64,000 nucleotides of DNA from an uncultured Rhizobium sp. (GTDB lineage: Bacteria; Pseudomonadota; Alphaproteobacteria; Rickettsiales; UBA1997), in contig CAYUHG010000001.1 of the NCBI GenBank assembly GCA_964444545.1, forward strand, positions 6,033-70,032, in the 5' to 3' direction. The position numbers were made by a program, and so were the translations under genes. A model generated the notes under the pieces. It was given only the letters and a program-made list of their open reading frames with translations. It did no database searches and was not told where the DNA came from. Shown piece after piece: positions 28,315-37,846 of the stretch (the stretch's first letter is position 1; every line of letters starts with the position of its first letter).

Positions 28315-28651
28315 GGAAAGCACTGCAGATCAGATAAATCCAAAAAGCAAAGCCGCCAAGTATCCAGCGTAGTAAGCGTAAGCTCAGCATTTTGCTCATT
28401 GCTCATTGCTCATTGCACACTTACTGCTTACTGCAGCTTTGTGCTCATAATGACTATTATGTAAAATTAAACTTAAGAGAGAATCCTTTTAAATCAAAAA
28501 AGTTTTTTGACTTATAAAAGATCGGTTCTTAAACTCCGAACTCCCAAATTTTTTACTTTTTAGATTTTTTTCTTTTGGGTGGCTTGGTCAAATTGAGCAC
28601 AAAAACTCACATTTGGCCAAGCTTTTTATTTGCCAAAAATCTAGCTCATTG

Positions 28652-28738
28652 GCCTCTGTGGCGGAATTGGTAGACGCGATAGACTCAAAATCTATTGTCC
28701 CCTGGGACGTGTCCGTTCGATTCGGATCGGAGGTACCA
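28652..28738 (+). tRNA. tRNA-Leu (anticodon CAA), with encoded CCA
   Basis: Acceptor GCCTCTG/CGGAGGT (includes G-U pairs). D-arm GGCGGAATTGGTAGACGC. Anticodon stem ATAGA/TCTAT with loop CTCAAAA. Long variable arm. T-arm GTTCGATTC. 87 nt. Confidence 0.9.
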
Positions 28739-28754
28739 CACATATATAAGCAGA

Positions 28755-29552
28755 ATGTTCAATTTGGTTGATCTCTTCAAAGCCGTATTCCTTGGAATTG
28801 TTGAAGGATTAACCGAATTTTTGCCGGTGTCATCAACTGCACATTTGCTTATCTCGTCTTATCTAATCGATTTTCAATCGATCCAAAATAATCTTTTCGA
28901 AATTGTTATTCAGATTGGCGCTATTCTTGCAGTTTGCGTGATTTACCGCAAAAAAATCTTCGACGTAATTTTGAACTTACACCAAAAAACCAATCAAAAA
29001 TTTGCCATCAACTTGGCCTTAGCATTTTTACCTGCAATGGTTATCGGCGGGCTTTTTCATAATCAGATCAAAACAATTTTCTTTTCCAATTTAGTTATCG
29101 CCATCGCACTAATTGTTGGCGGCATCATCATGATCGTTGTCGAATCTAAACCAAAAGAATCAAGCGTTGAAGACATTAACAATATCAGTGCCAAACAAGC
29201 ATTTTTCGTTGGTCTATTTCAATGTCTTGCTATGATTCCAGGAACTTCACGCTCTGGTGCCACAATTATCGGCGCACTTTTGCTCAAATTTAATCGTAAA
29301 GTTGCGACGGAATTCTCTTTCTTTTTAGCCATTCCCACAATCTTTGCTGCTACAGCTTTTGATTTACTAAAAAACCTCAATGAAATTTCAACTTCTAGCC
29401 TAGAACTAATTGTGGTTGGAACTCTAGCCGCATTTGTTTCGGCAATTTTGGTCATCAAATGGTTTATTGGTTTTGTCAGCAAACATAATTTTATACCATT
29501 TGGCATCTACAGAATTGTTGCTGGAATCATTATACTGATTTTTATTATTTAA
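28755..29552 (+). CDS. uppP: Undecaprenyl-diphosphatase
   Basis: Conserved GIVEGLTEFLPVSSTAHL and PGTSRSGATI. Start moved to the ATG at 28755, because the ORF-track start at 28695 lies inside tRNA-Leu. Confidence 0.9.
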   Translation: MFNLVDLFKAVFLGIVEGLTEFLPVSSTAHLLISSYLIDFQSIQNNLFEIVIQIGAILAVCVIYRKKIFDVILNLHQKTNQKFAINLALAFLPAMVIGGLFHNQIKTIFFSNLVIAIALIVGGIIMIVVESKPKESSVEDINNISAKQAFFVGLFQCLAMIPGTSRSGATIIGALLLKFNRKVATEFSFFLAIPTIFAATAFDLLKNLNEISTSSLELIVVGTLAAFVSAILVIKWFIGFVSKHNFIPFGIYRIVAGIIILIFII

Positions 29553-29555
29553 TTT

Positions 29556-30746
29556 ATGTCGCAAGAAACTGCTCATAAATTTGCCATCAGATTTGGACTT
29601 GGAGCCATTAAAGCCGTAGGTTTTGGCATGATGGAAAACGCCATAAAAGAACGCAAAGAAAACGGAAAGTTTAAAGATATCTACGATTTTGCCGAACGAC
29701 TTGATCCACGATCAATCAACAAAAAATCCATCGAAGCTTTAGCCAAAGCCGGCGCTTTTGATTTGTTAAACAACAATCGCCGCCAAATTTCTGAATCTTT
29801 CGACACCCTTTCCTCTTATTCAGCACAGCAAAGCGAAGCTGCTTCGTCAAATCAAATGAGTCTTTTTGGCGGATTGCCCGAAGCCAATAAAAAACCCGAG
29901 TTAAAAAAAGTCGAAAATTGGAGCCGAGTTGAACGCTTACAAAAAGAATTTGAAGCCTTCGGATTTTTCTTAAATGAACATCCAGTTGACGAATTTATAC
30001 CTGATCTCAAAAAACGCGGCGTAATTTTTTCCGATAAAATCGAGCGTGACGAACTTCAAGATAATAATTTAGTAAAAATGTCCGGCGTTGTGGCTGGCAG
30101 CAAACATCGCTCTGGCCCTCGCGGACGTTTCGCTTATTTGACGATGTCTGATCCGCTAGGAATTTATGAAGCGATGATTTTTGACGAAGCATTAATTACC
30201 AACGCCCGCGATTTGTTGGTCGATGGCAGTATGGTAACTCTAGAATGTTTGATCCGCAAAGATGATGGCGGAATCAGAATTTTAGTACGTGACGTTAAAA
30301 AGCTCGAAGACTTTATCCGAATCACTCCGGCTCGCAATGAAGATTTCGAAGACATCAAACAACAACCAGCGCGCCGTGAATATAATCGCGATCGCAATTC
30401 CGATTCTAATGCGCCAAAAAACTTTGAGCGCAAAACTTTTGAAAAGAAACCCGCCGCAACTCAAGAAACTTCACATCAAGATAAGATCGAAGCTTTGAAA
30501 GCTAAAAAAATTCTTCCTGCAGTACAAATTATTTTGAAAGAGCGCGATGCACTTATTGGAATTAAGTCCCTGCTCTCTCAACGCCTTGCGCCGCAAGATT
30601 TTGAAAAATTCACCAAAGTTTATTTTGTTGTTATGAGAAATGGAAAAATAACTAAAATTGAACTCAACGAAAAATATTTAATCGATAATGCCGACATTCT
30701 AAAAATGCGCTCAGTTAGCGGCATTATTGATGTTGAAGCTTGCTAG
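29556..30746 (+). CDS. dnaE: Stand-alone C-terminal portion of DNA polymerase III alpha subunit (HhH + OB-fold + C-terminal tail); split gene or truncated remnant
   Basis: 396 aa starting at IRFGLGAIKAVG (the DnaE HhH region). OB-fold LVKMSGVVAGSKHRSGPRGRFAYLTMSDPLGIYEAMIF. The PHP and polymerase core are absent, and the upstream gene is uppP. Confidence 0.6.
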   Translation: MSQETAHKFAIRFGLGAIKAVGFGMMENAIKERKENGKFKDIYDFAERLDPRSINKKSIEALAKAGAFDLLNNNRRQISESFDTLSSYSAQQSEAASSNQMSLFGGLPEANKKPELKKVENWSRVERLQKEFEAFGFFLNEHPVDEFIPDLKKRGVIFSDKIERDELQDNNLVKMSGVVAGSKHRSGPRGRFAYLTMSDPLGIYEAMIFDEALITNARDLLVDGSMVTLECLIRKDDGGIRILVRDVKKLEDFIRITPARNEDFEDIKQQPARREYNRDRNSDSNAPKNFERKTFEKKPAATQETSHQDKIEALKAKKILPAVQIILKERDALIGIKSLLSQRLAPQDFEKFTKVYFVVMRNGKITKIELNEKYLIDNADILKMRSVSGIIDVEAC

Positions 30747-31336
30747 AACTCAGCACGAGTTTTGAAAGCAATCGAAATTGTACCTTCATCCAGATAATCC
30801 AACTCACTTCCGACCGGAATTCCGTAGGCCAAACGGGTCACTTTTACGTTAAAGTCTTTCAACCCTTCTGCCAAAAAATGCGCCGTAGTTTGACCATCAA
30901 TGGTAGCGCTGGTTGCAATGATAACCTCTTTCACTTCAGAATTTCTTAATCGACTGAATAATTTCTCTAAATTCAAATCTTCGATTGATACTCCCGAAAT
31001 TGCCGAAAGTTTTCCACCCAAAATGTGGTAACGACCTTTGTAATTTTCGGCACGCTCAATTGCCCATAAATCTGCCACTTCTTCGACTACACAAATCACA
31101 CTTTGATCACGATTGTGATTATTACAAATTCCGCACACCCTGCCTTCATCAAGGTTGCCACAGGTTTCGCAATTATGAATTTTTTCATTTAGCGCCAGCA
31201 AATTTTCAATTAGAGGTAGCAAAGTTTTTTCTTTATTCGCCGCTAAATGTAAGACAACACGCTTTGCAACTCTAGGCCCCATACCTGGAAGTTTTGAAAT
31301 AATTTTGCTGAGATTTTCAATAATATTGGTCTGCAT
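30743..31336 (-). CDS. recR: Recombination protein RecR
   Basis: LPGMGPRVAKR HhH, Zn finger CETCGN...CGIC, Toprim CVVEEVADLWAIE. Start set at the internal ATG (MQTNIIENL). Confidence 0.9.
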   Translation of the reverse strand: MQTNIIENLSKIISKLPGMGPRVAKRVVLHLAANKEKTLLPLIENLLALNEKIHNCETCGNLDEGRVCGICNNHNRDQSVICVVEEVADLWAIERAENYKGRYHILGGKLSAISGVSIEDLNLEKLFSRLRNSEVKEVIIATSATIDGQTTAHFLAEGLKDFNVKVTRLAYGIPVGSELDYLDEGTISIAFKTRAEF

Positions 31337-31536
31337 TTTGTATTTTAAAAATGTGTAAGAAGTCGCGATTTTTATAGGTTGTGATGAAAGTCTCAAGCCT
31401 CTCATAGAAAACAAATGGACCCCGTTGCATGACGTGGTCCAGCAATTAAATAATTTGACGTTTGTTTCATTCTTAAATTATTCTGCACCACGCAAACACC
31501 ACTGCATTTTCACCAACTTACACACACTTTGTCACT

Positions 31537-31779
31537 ATGACTAATCACACCAATCAAGACTTAGCGGAACTTTGCCAAACTATTTCGAAAATTCTAAACA
31601 TCTCTTCTCTTGAGGTTCGCGAGCATTTATCGCTGTTTATAAAAATTCATCCATCAATCAGAAATTGCTTGTATTATTTATCACAAATCGAAGATGATGA
31701 TTTGAAGACCAGCGCCGCTCTAGGCATAGAATATATGGTCAAATTCAAACAATCTCCTTTTCAAGACGATGTCCGATAA
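31537..31779 (+). CDS. Hypothetical small protein (80 aa), overlaps the queF start by 11 nt
   Basis: The open frame is the only evidence. No motif recognised. Confidence 0.3.
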   Translation: MTNHTNQDLAELCQTISKILNISSLEVREHLSLFIKIHPSIRNCLYYLSQIEDDDLKTSAALGIEYMVKFKQSPFQDDVR

Positions 31780-32239
31780 AAAAAAATCCCCTCCAAAACC
31801 TTTGGCTCTTGGTAAAAAAACCGACTACCAGCTAAATAAAGTTAATCCAAAAATTCTGGAAAGCGTTGATAATCCTCACATTGGCACTCTTTACTCAATT
31901 CGCCTTTCTTGTCCGGAATTTACTTCAATTTGCCCAATAACTGGCCAGCCAGACTTTGCTCATTTAGTCATTGATTACGTTCCCGACAAAAAAATCGTCG
32001 AAAGCAAAGCACTAAAACTTTATCTATTTTCTTACCGAAATCATGGTGCATTTCACGAGGATTGCACTGTGCAAATCGCTAAAGATATAGTTTCGTGTAT
32101 AAAGCCAAAATGGCTCAGAATCGGCGGTTATTGGTATCCACGTGGTGGAATTCCCATCGATATTTTCTTCCAAACTGGTGCACAACCAAAAGATTTATGG
32201 ATCGCCGATCAAGGAATTCCAACTTATAAGGCGCGCTAA
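31769..32239 (+). CDS. queF: NADPH-dependent 7-cyano-7-deazaguanine reductase (type I QueF)
   Basis: 156 aa. [17 protein letters not shown] with the catalytic Cys. [20 protein letters not shown]. Confidence 0.85.
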   Translation: MSDKKKSPPKPLALGKKTDYQLNKVNPKILESVDNPHIGTLYSIRLSCPEFTSICPITGQPDFAHLVIDYVPDKKIVESKALKLYLFSYRNHGAFHEDCTVQIAKDIVSCIKPKWLRIGGYWYPRGGIPIDIFFQTGAQPKDLWIADQGIPTYKAR

Positions 32240-33051
32240 TGTTTAACTTTCCAATCACTTTGCCGGAGATCAATCCGGTAGCACTTCAAATTGGCCCAAT
32301 TGCAATTCGTTGGTATTCTCTCGCCTACATTGCCGGCATTTTGTTTACACTTTGGTGGCTAAAAAAAGTTAACGAAAAAGACAAATTTCTTTCGCAAAAA
32401 GCTTATGATGATTGGTTGTTGTGGGCTGTTCTTTCGATTATGTTCGGTGGTCGTTTCGGTTATGTTTTCTTCTACAATCCACAATATTTCTTAGCAAATC
32501 CGCTTGAAATTCTGGCAATTTGGCAAGGCGGCATGTCTTTCCATGGCGGACTTTTAGGGGCAATTTTAGGAATGTGGCTTTTTGCCAAAAAATATAAAAT
32601 CAATTTTTTGCAACTAACTGATGTATTGGCCATTGCTGCTCCAGTTGGACTTTTTTTCGGACGCATCGCCAATTTTATGAATATGGAACTTTACGGTCGT
32701 ATCTCAAATTCTCATTTTGGGATTATCTTTCCAAATGCTGGTGAACTTCCTCGTCATCCAAGTCAACTCTACGAAGCCTTTCTGGAAGGGCTTTTGTTGT
32801 TTGTTACCCTATTTGCGCTCAATCATTTTACTAAGATCAGAAAATCGCATGGTCGTTTAAGTGGCTTGTTTCTTGCTTTCTACGGATCATTTAGGATCTT
32901 GATCGAGAATTTCCGCGAACCCGACGAACAAATCGGTTTTGTATTTTCTTATATAACTATGGGACAATTGCTCTCTTTGCCTCTGATTTTATTTGGAATT
33001 TTTTTAGTTATTTCCGCAAAAAATTCTGATTCTCAAAAAAGAAAAAATTAA
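32239..33051 (+). CDS. lgt: Prolipoprotein diacylglyceryl transferase
   Basis: 270 aa. IRWYSLAYI, GGRFGYV, GGMSFHGGLLG, GRIANFMNMELYGR, HPSQLYEA. Confidence 0.9.
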   Translation: MFNFPITLPEINPVALQIGPIAIRWYSLAYIAGILFTLWWLKKVNEKDKFLSQKAYDDWLLWAVLSIMFGGRFGYVFFYNPQYFLANPLEILAIWQGGMSFHGGLLGAILGMWLFAKKYKINFLQLTDVLAIAAPVGLFFGRIANFMNMELYGRISNSHFGIIFPNAGELPRHPSQLYEAFLEGLLLFVTLFALNHFTKIRKSHGRLSGLFLAFYGSFRILIENFREPDEQIGFVFSYITMGQLLSLPLILFGIFLVISAKNSDSQKRKN

Positions 33052-33316
33052 AAAAAAATCTTGTCAAAAAATCATCTCTTTCTTCTCTAAAGCTGAAGAA
33101 GGTTTCTAAGCCACAGAGCCTTGACTATCAAAGCTTGAAAAAGATTAGGCCTGACGCTTTTTAGTTCCGTCGACTGTCAAGATCATTATTTCACAAAATC
33201 AAAAATAATCTTCTTTACTCGGACGAATTACTACCAAAAAATCCGCCCAACTTTTTTAAGGATCATTTCCAATCTCACCTGCAAAAGTTGAAAAAGCAGG
33301 TTTCTAAAAATTACCC

Positions 33317-33751
33317 ATGTCATTCGTAACAGCTATTACCCCAAAAGAAGCTTTTGAGCTTTTGAAAAAAGATACTTTTTCTGTACTTGTAGATGTCAGA
33401 ACTCTTGAAGAGTTCGCATCTATCGGCACCGTAAACCCTGAGGAATTCAACAACCGTATGGTTTTGCTTCCTTGGCAGTTAATGCCTACAATGGAGGTTA
33501 ATGAATCTTTCGAAGATCAATTAAACGAAGAAACCAACAAACTTTTTGGTGACAAAGCTCAAGAAGCTAAAATTATTTTCATGTGCCGCAGCGGTGCTAG
33601 ATCATATCAAGCTGCTAACCACTCTTTGATGAACGGCTATAAACATTGCTACAACCTAACCAACGGATTTGAAGGCGATATTAACGACTCTGGACAAAGA
33701 GGACAAGTCAACGGCTGGAAAGCTGAATCTCTACCTTGGGAGCAAAAATAA
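33317..33751 (+). CDS. Rhodanese-domain protein
   Basis: 144 aa. LVDVRTLEEF and active-site loop CRSGARS. Confidence 0.7.
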   Translation: MSFVTAITPKEAFELLKKDTFSVLVDVRTLEEFASIGTVNPEEFNNRMVLLPWQLMPTMEVNESFEDQLNEETNKLFGDKAQEAKIIFMCRSGARSYQAANHSLMNGYKHCYNLTNGFEGDINDSGQRGQVNGWKAESLPWEQK

Positions 33752-35172
33752 TGACTCCGGAAGTGCTTTTAGCACAATCAATCCAAGATCAGTCGTCAAA
33801 CTTCCTGCCGGATTTCTTCAAATCTTGTCGCGCCGAATTTGGTGAAGATAACTTCACTAAATGGTTTTCCGAACTTGAAATTGCATCAATCTCAAGCAGC
33901 GAAGTTATTTTTAATGCCCCATCAAAATTCGTTCGCGATTGGATTATCCGCGAATTTGTTGAATCAAAATCATGGAGAAAAAATCTTAAAGCAGTAGCTT
34001 TAGACTTACTTCCACAGCTAAAAAGAATCTCTGTAATTCATATCGCTAAACCAAGCGCTGAAATTTTCGAACCTAAAGTCAATACTGACCAAAAAGTTGT
34101 CAGCATCTCTAAGCATGACAATCTTTTTGCTTTTGGAACTGAGTTAAATCCACGCTATACTTTCCAAAATTTCGTCAGCGCTAAATACAATAAAATGGCA
34201 CTTTCGATGGCTAAAATTGCCGCCGGAATTGATGCTCAAATTAATTTATTCGACGACAAAATCCCGCTTTTCATTCACGGCAATGTTGGAATTGGTAAAA
34301 GTCACTTGGCACAAGCAATTGCTTGGCAAATCAAAGAATCTGACAAATCGAAAAAAGTGGTTTATTTGTCAGCTGAGAAATTCATGTTCCATTTCGTACA
34401 GTCGATTCGCAACGGCGGCGCGATGGAATTCAAAGAAAAAATGCGTTCAATTGATGTGCTGATTGTTGATGACGTTCAGTTTATCGCCGGCAAAGAAAGC
34501 ACTCAGCAAGAATTTATGAACAGCTTCAACCATCTTGTCGAAGAAAATAAACAAGTGGTTTTGGTGTGCGATCGTCGCCCTTCTGACCTTGAAAATATTG
34601 ATGAAAAGCTGAAGTCGAGAATTGCTGGCGGCATGATCATCAACTTCAAAAATCCTGATTACCAAGACCGTCTAGAAATTTTGAAAGCTAAAGCAGCGCA
34701 GATGGAACAAGAAATTTGCCCGAAAGTTTTAAGCTATTTAGCCGAAAAAATTACTACTAACGTTCGCGATCTTGAAGGTGCTTTGCGCAAATTAGTTTGC
34801 AGTAAAGTTTTAGACGATGCCGAAGTTACTTTAGAAAATGCTCGTGAAGTTTTAGCCGATTATATTCGCGCTTCTAATGCTACTGCGCCAACAATTCAAA
34901 AAATTCAAAAAGAAGTTGCACAATTTTATAATCTTAAAGTTGCTGATTTGTCTTCGAGTAACCGCGCTCGTCAAATCGCACGTCCGCGCCAAATCGCGAT
35001 GTATTTGTCAAAAATTCTAACTACAGAAAGCTTGCCAACAATCGGCAAAGAATTTGGCGGCAAGAATCACGCTACTGTGATTCACTCAGTTAAAACTGTG
35101 CAAGAATTGATGAACTCAGATCAAAACATCTTGCAGGAAGTCAAATCTCTAGAAGAGAAAATCAGAGGATAA
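33751..35172 (+). CDS. dnaA: Chromosomal replication initiator protein DnaA
   Basis: AAA+ Walker A GNVGIGKSHL, DDVQF, and C-terminal DNA-binding domain ARPRQIAMYL...GGKNHATVIH. The ATG at 33751 overlaps the rhodanese stop (TAATG). An alternative TTG lies at 33736. Confidence 0.95.
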   Translation: MTPEVLLAQSIQDQSSNFLPDFFKSCRAEFGEDNFTKWFSELEIASISSSEVIFNAPSKFVRDWIIREFVESKSWRKNLKAVALDLLPQLKRISVIHIAKPSAEIFEPKVNTDQKVVSISKHDNLFAFGTELNPRYTFQNFVSAKYNKMALSMAKIAAGIDAQINLFDDKIPLFIHGNVGIGKSHLAQAIAWQIKESDKSKKVVYLSAEKFMFHFVQSIRNGGAMEFKEKMRSIDVLIVDDVQFIAGKESTQQEFMNSFNHLVEENKQVVLVCDRRPSDLENIDEKLKSRIAGGMIINFKNPDYQDRLEILKAKAAQMEQEICPKVLSYLAEKITTNVRDLEGALRKLVCSKVLDDAEVTLENAREVLADYIRASNATAPTIQKIQKEVAQFYNLKVADLSSSNRARQIARPRQIAMYLSKILTTESLPTIGKEFGGKNHATVIHSVKTVQELMNSDQNILQEVKSLEEKIRG

Positions 35173-35646
35173 CTAGAATTTACGCTTCAAATTATTGTGA
35201 CAGATCGCTATTGCCAAAGCATCAGCTTCATCTTCACTTCTAAATCCTGCTTTAGGCAGCAGAATTTTTATCATTGCTTGCACTTGTTGTTTCTCTGCAC
35301 GCCCTACTCCTACAACAGCTTTCTTTACAGCTGTCGCCGAATATTCATGAACTTTTAAACCACACAAACCAAGAGTTAAGATTAAAGCGCCGCGAGCATG
35401 TCCAAGTTTAAGCGAGGAAGTTGGATTACTATTTATAAAAGTTTCTTCAATCGCCGCTTCATGTGGCTGATGCAATTTTACGAAATCATTTACAGCATCA
35501 TGAAATTCTTGCAGACGCTGAGAAAGCGAGTCTGAAGCTGATGTATGAATTGTAGTTGAAGCTACAAAGCTTAGGGAATTATTTTTGACTTCAATAATTC
35601 CCAAGCCAGTTTTGGTAAGTCCGGGATCGACTCCAATTATTCTCAT
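35173..35646 (-). CDS. ruvC: Holliday junction resolvase RuvC
   Basis: 157 aa. MRIIGVDPGLTKTG, EETFIN, DEADALAIAICH. Confidence 0.9.
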   Translation of the reverse strand: MRIIGVDPGLTKTGLGIIEVKNNSLSFVASTTIHTSASDSLSQRLQEFHDAVNDFVKLHQPHEAAIEETFINSNPTSSLKLGHARGALILTLGLCGLKVHEYSATAVKKAVVGVGRAEKQQVQAMIKILLPKAGFRSEDEADALAIAICHNNLKRKF

Positions 35647-37818
35647 TTAGGAATAGAATTTTTGACCTTTTTCAGCCATTTCAATCAACAACTTGCTAAC
35701 CGCAAAACGTGATCCATGTTTTCTGTTAAGTTCGCGAAGTTGATCAACAATTTTTTGAATTCCGTAAGAATCGGCAGTACGCAACACACCACCACGGAAA
35801 GCTGGAAAGCCAGCACCCATAATCATCGCCATATCGAGATAACGAGCATTTTTAACTACGCCTTCTTCCAAACATTTTGCTGATTCGTTGATCATCATCA
35901 AAATACAACGATCTACAACTTCTGAATCTTCAATCTTAACACGCGAAATCGATTTTGCTTTTCTTAGATTGTGGACAATTTCCATAATCTTTGGATTAAC
36001 TTGCGAGTGAGATTTTGCCTTAGAACTATGTAAATAGAACCCTTGTCCTGATTTTTTGCCGAGCAAATCTTTGTGATTATTGTAGATCTCATCAAGCACA
36101 TCAGCAACACGCATGCGCTCACCGAAAGCTTCATGAAGAGAATGCGCAACTTTCACACCAACGTCAATTCCAACTACGTCAGCCAACACAAAAGGCCCCA
36201 TTGGCATACCAAATTTTTCGATCAGATTGTCGATGTGTTGAACTTCGGCACCTTCTTGAAATAAGTAAGCCGCTTCGTTCATGTATGGCAGCAAAATTCT
36301 GTTAACCAAAAATCCGGCAGAATCTTTAACGACGATTGGGGTTTTACCCATTTTTTTCGAAAGCTTAACGATAGTTGCCACGGTTGAGTCAGAAGTTTTT
36401 TCGCCGCGAATTACTTCAACCAACGGCATACGATTAACCGGATTGAAGAAATGCATACCACCAAATCTTTCTGGATTTTGTAGGTCACGTGCCATTTCTG
36501 AAATTGACAAAGAAGAAGTGTTAGAAGCAATCACTACGTCTTTTCCAACTTTAGTTTCAGCTTCAGCCAAGATTTTTTTCTTAATTGCCATATTTTCGAC
36601 AACTGCTTCGATAACAAAATCAGTCTTATCAAAACCAGAGTAATCAAGGGCTGAGGTAATTTTATTAACTTTTAGATCAACCTGACTTTTGGTATATTTT
36701 CTAATTTTTGTCAGCTGGTTATAAATTTTGATAACCTGATTATAACCCAAAGCTACAGCATTTTGCGTAATATCTTTTACGCGAATATTGATGTCATAAT
36801 TACTGAACAACCAAGCAATTCCACCACCCATAACGCCAGCACCAAGCAAAGCAGCATTTTTTACATCAGTGACTTGTACTTCACTTTCGACACCAGAATC
36901 TTTTTTTAGAGCTTCCGAAGTAAAGAAAATTTCGATCAAATTTTTTGAAATTTCACCTACCGCTAATTCACAAAAGGCTTCAAGTTCAATTTGTAAACCA
37001 CGTTCTTCTTTCGAAGATCCATAGGTTTTGCGAATAACTTCTAAAGCATAGAATGGCGCTGGATATTGTCCTTTAGTTTTGGAAAACAAATCTGATTTCG
37101 CTAAGTAGAAAACTATAATGTTTCCAAACAAAAGATGTTCAAAAACACGACGTTTTTTCGCAGCTTTATGACGTAAAGCTAAAAACTTGTTTTTGTCACC
37201 ATGCTGTAAAATTTCGGTAACAAATTTACTTAGAGTTTCTTCTAAAAATTCTTCACGAGCAAGATCATCAACCAAACCAATTTTAAAGGCTTTTCTGGCA
37301 TCAATTGCTTTTCCCGGAAGGATTATTTTTAAACTTTCTTGTAACCCAACCAATTTTGGTAAACGTTGAGTTCCACCAAATCCAGGAATTATTCCCAAAT
37401 TAACTTCTGGCAAACCTAACTTGGTTTTTTCATTCACTACGGCAACACGATATTTACAAGCCAAAGCCAATTCCAAACCACCACCAAGGCAAGCTCCATC
37501 AATCACAGCAATTGTTGGAATTTTTAATTTAGAAAGTTTGGTTAAAATATTTTGACCGCGCGAAACTTTCTCCAAGGCATCTTTTGAATCTGTAATTGAT
37601 TTAATTTCGTTAATGTCGGCACCAGCAATGAATATGTCTTTTTTTTCAGAAGTAATAAGCAAAACACGAATCGCTTTATTACCATCAATTACATTAATCG
37701 CTTTTTCCAACTCCTCTAAAACTGGCTTCGACAGCTTATTAATTTTCTCATTTGGCAAATCAAAAATCAGATTTGCGACGCCATTTTTTTCAATTTTGAG
37801 AGTCAGAGCTTCGGTCAT
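35647..37818 (-). CDS. Bifunctional enoyl-CoA hydratase / 3-hydroxyacyl-CoA dehydrogenase (FadB/FadJ-like)
   Basis: 723 aa. Crotonase N-terminal half (FIAGADI, GGGLELALAC). NAD-binding GAGVMGGGIA. 3HCDH C-terminal domains. Confidence 0.85.
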   Translation of the reverse strand: MTEALTLKIEKNGVANLIFDLPNEKINKLSKPVLEELEKAINVIDGNKAIRVLLITSEKKDIFIAGADINEIKSITDSKDALEKVSRGQNILTKLSKLKIPTIAVIDGACLGGGLELALACKYRVAVVNEKTKLGLPEVNLGIIPGFGGTQRLPKLVGLQESLKIILPGKAIDARKAFKIGLVDDLAREEFLEETLSKFVTEILQHGDKNKFLALRHKAAKKRRVFEHLLFGNIIVFYLAKSDLFSKTKGQYPAPFYALEVIRKTYGSSKEERGLQIELEAFCELAVGEISKNLIEIFFTSEALKKDSGVESEVQVTDVKNAALLGAGVMGGGIAWLFSNYDINIRVKDITQNAVALGYNQVIKIYNQLTKIRKYTKSQVDLKVNKITSALDYSGFDKTDFVIEAVVENMAIKKKILAEAETKVGKDVVIASNTSSLSISEMARDLQNPERFGGMHFFNPVNRMPLVEVIRGEKTSDSTVATIVKLSKKMGKTPIVVKDSAGFLVNRILLPYMNEAAYLFQEGAEVQHIDNLIEKFGMPMGPFVLADVVGIDVGVKVAHSLHEAFGERMRVADVLDEIYNNHKDLLGKKSGQGFYLHSSKAKSHSQVNPKIMEIVHNLRKAKSISRVKIEDSEVVDRCILMMINESAKCLEEGVVKNARYLDMAMIMGAGFPAFRGGVLRTADSYGIQKIVDQLRELNRKHGSRFAVSKLLIEMAEKGQKFYS

Positions 37819-37846
37819 AAAAGTAATTTAAATAAGTTTGGTAATA

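Noticed and set aside
28394-28433. Tandem short repeats as a possible CRISPR array
   Set aside because: The units are 7 nt long with no spacers and no cas genes. This is a microsatellite. No CRISPR-like repeat-spacer structure was seen anywhere in the window.
28695-28754. Longer N-terminal extensions offered by the ORF track: uppP from 28695, asd from 51106, ftsZ from 55130, pntAA from 57713, recR from 31414, fabI from 44707, leuD from 45388
   Set aside because: The extensions overlap a tRNA gene (uppP, pntAA) or the neighbouring gene's antisense strand (asd), or they add non-conserved residues before the canonical family N-terminus. Internal ATG codons that give canonical N-termini were used instead.
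29556-29660. Split-intein explanation for the dnaE fragment, as in the cyanobacterial DnaE-n/DnaE-c pair
   Set aside because: The ORF starts only 9 codons before conserved DnaE sequence. There is no ~35-aa IntC segment and no terminal His-Asn followed by Cys/Ser/Thr.
33052-33316. Possible oriC or DnaA-box cluster in the 265-bp gap upstream of the rhodanese and dnaA genes
   Set aside because: I found no TTATCCACA-like boxes and no AT-rich 13-mer array by eye. dnaA-adjacent origins are not universal in alphaproteobacteria. A GC-skew analysis and a DnaA-box scan of the whole genome would be needed.
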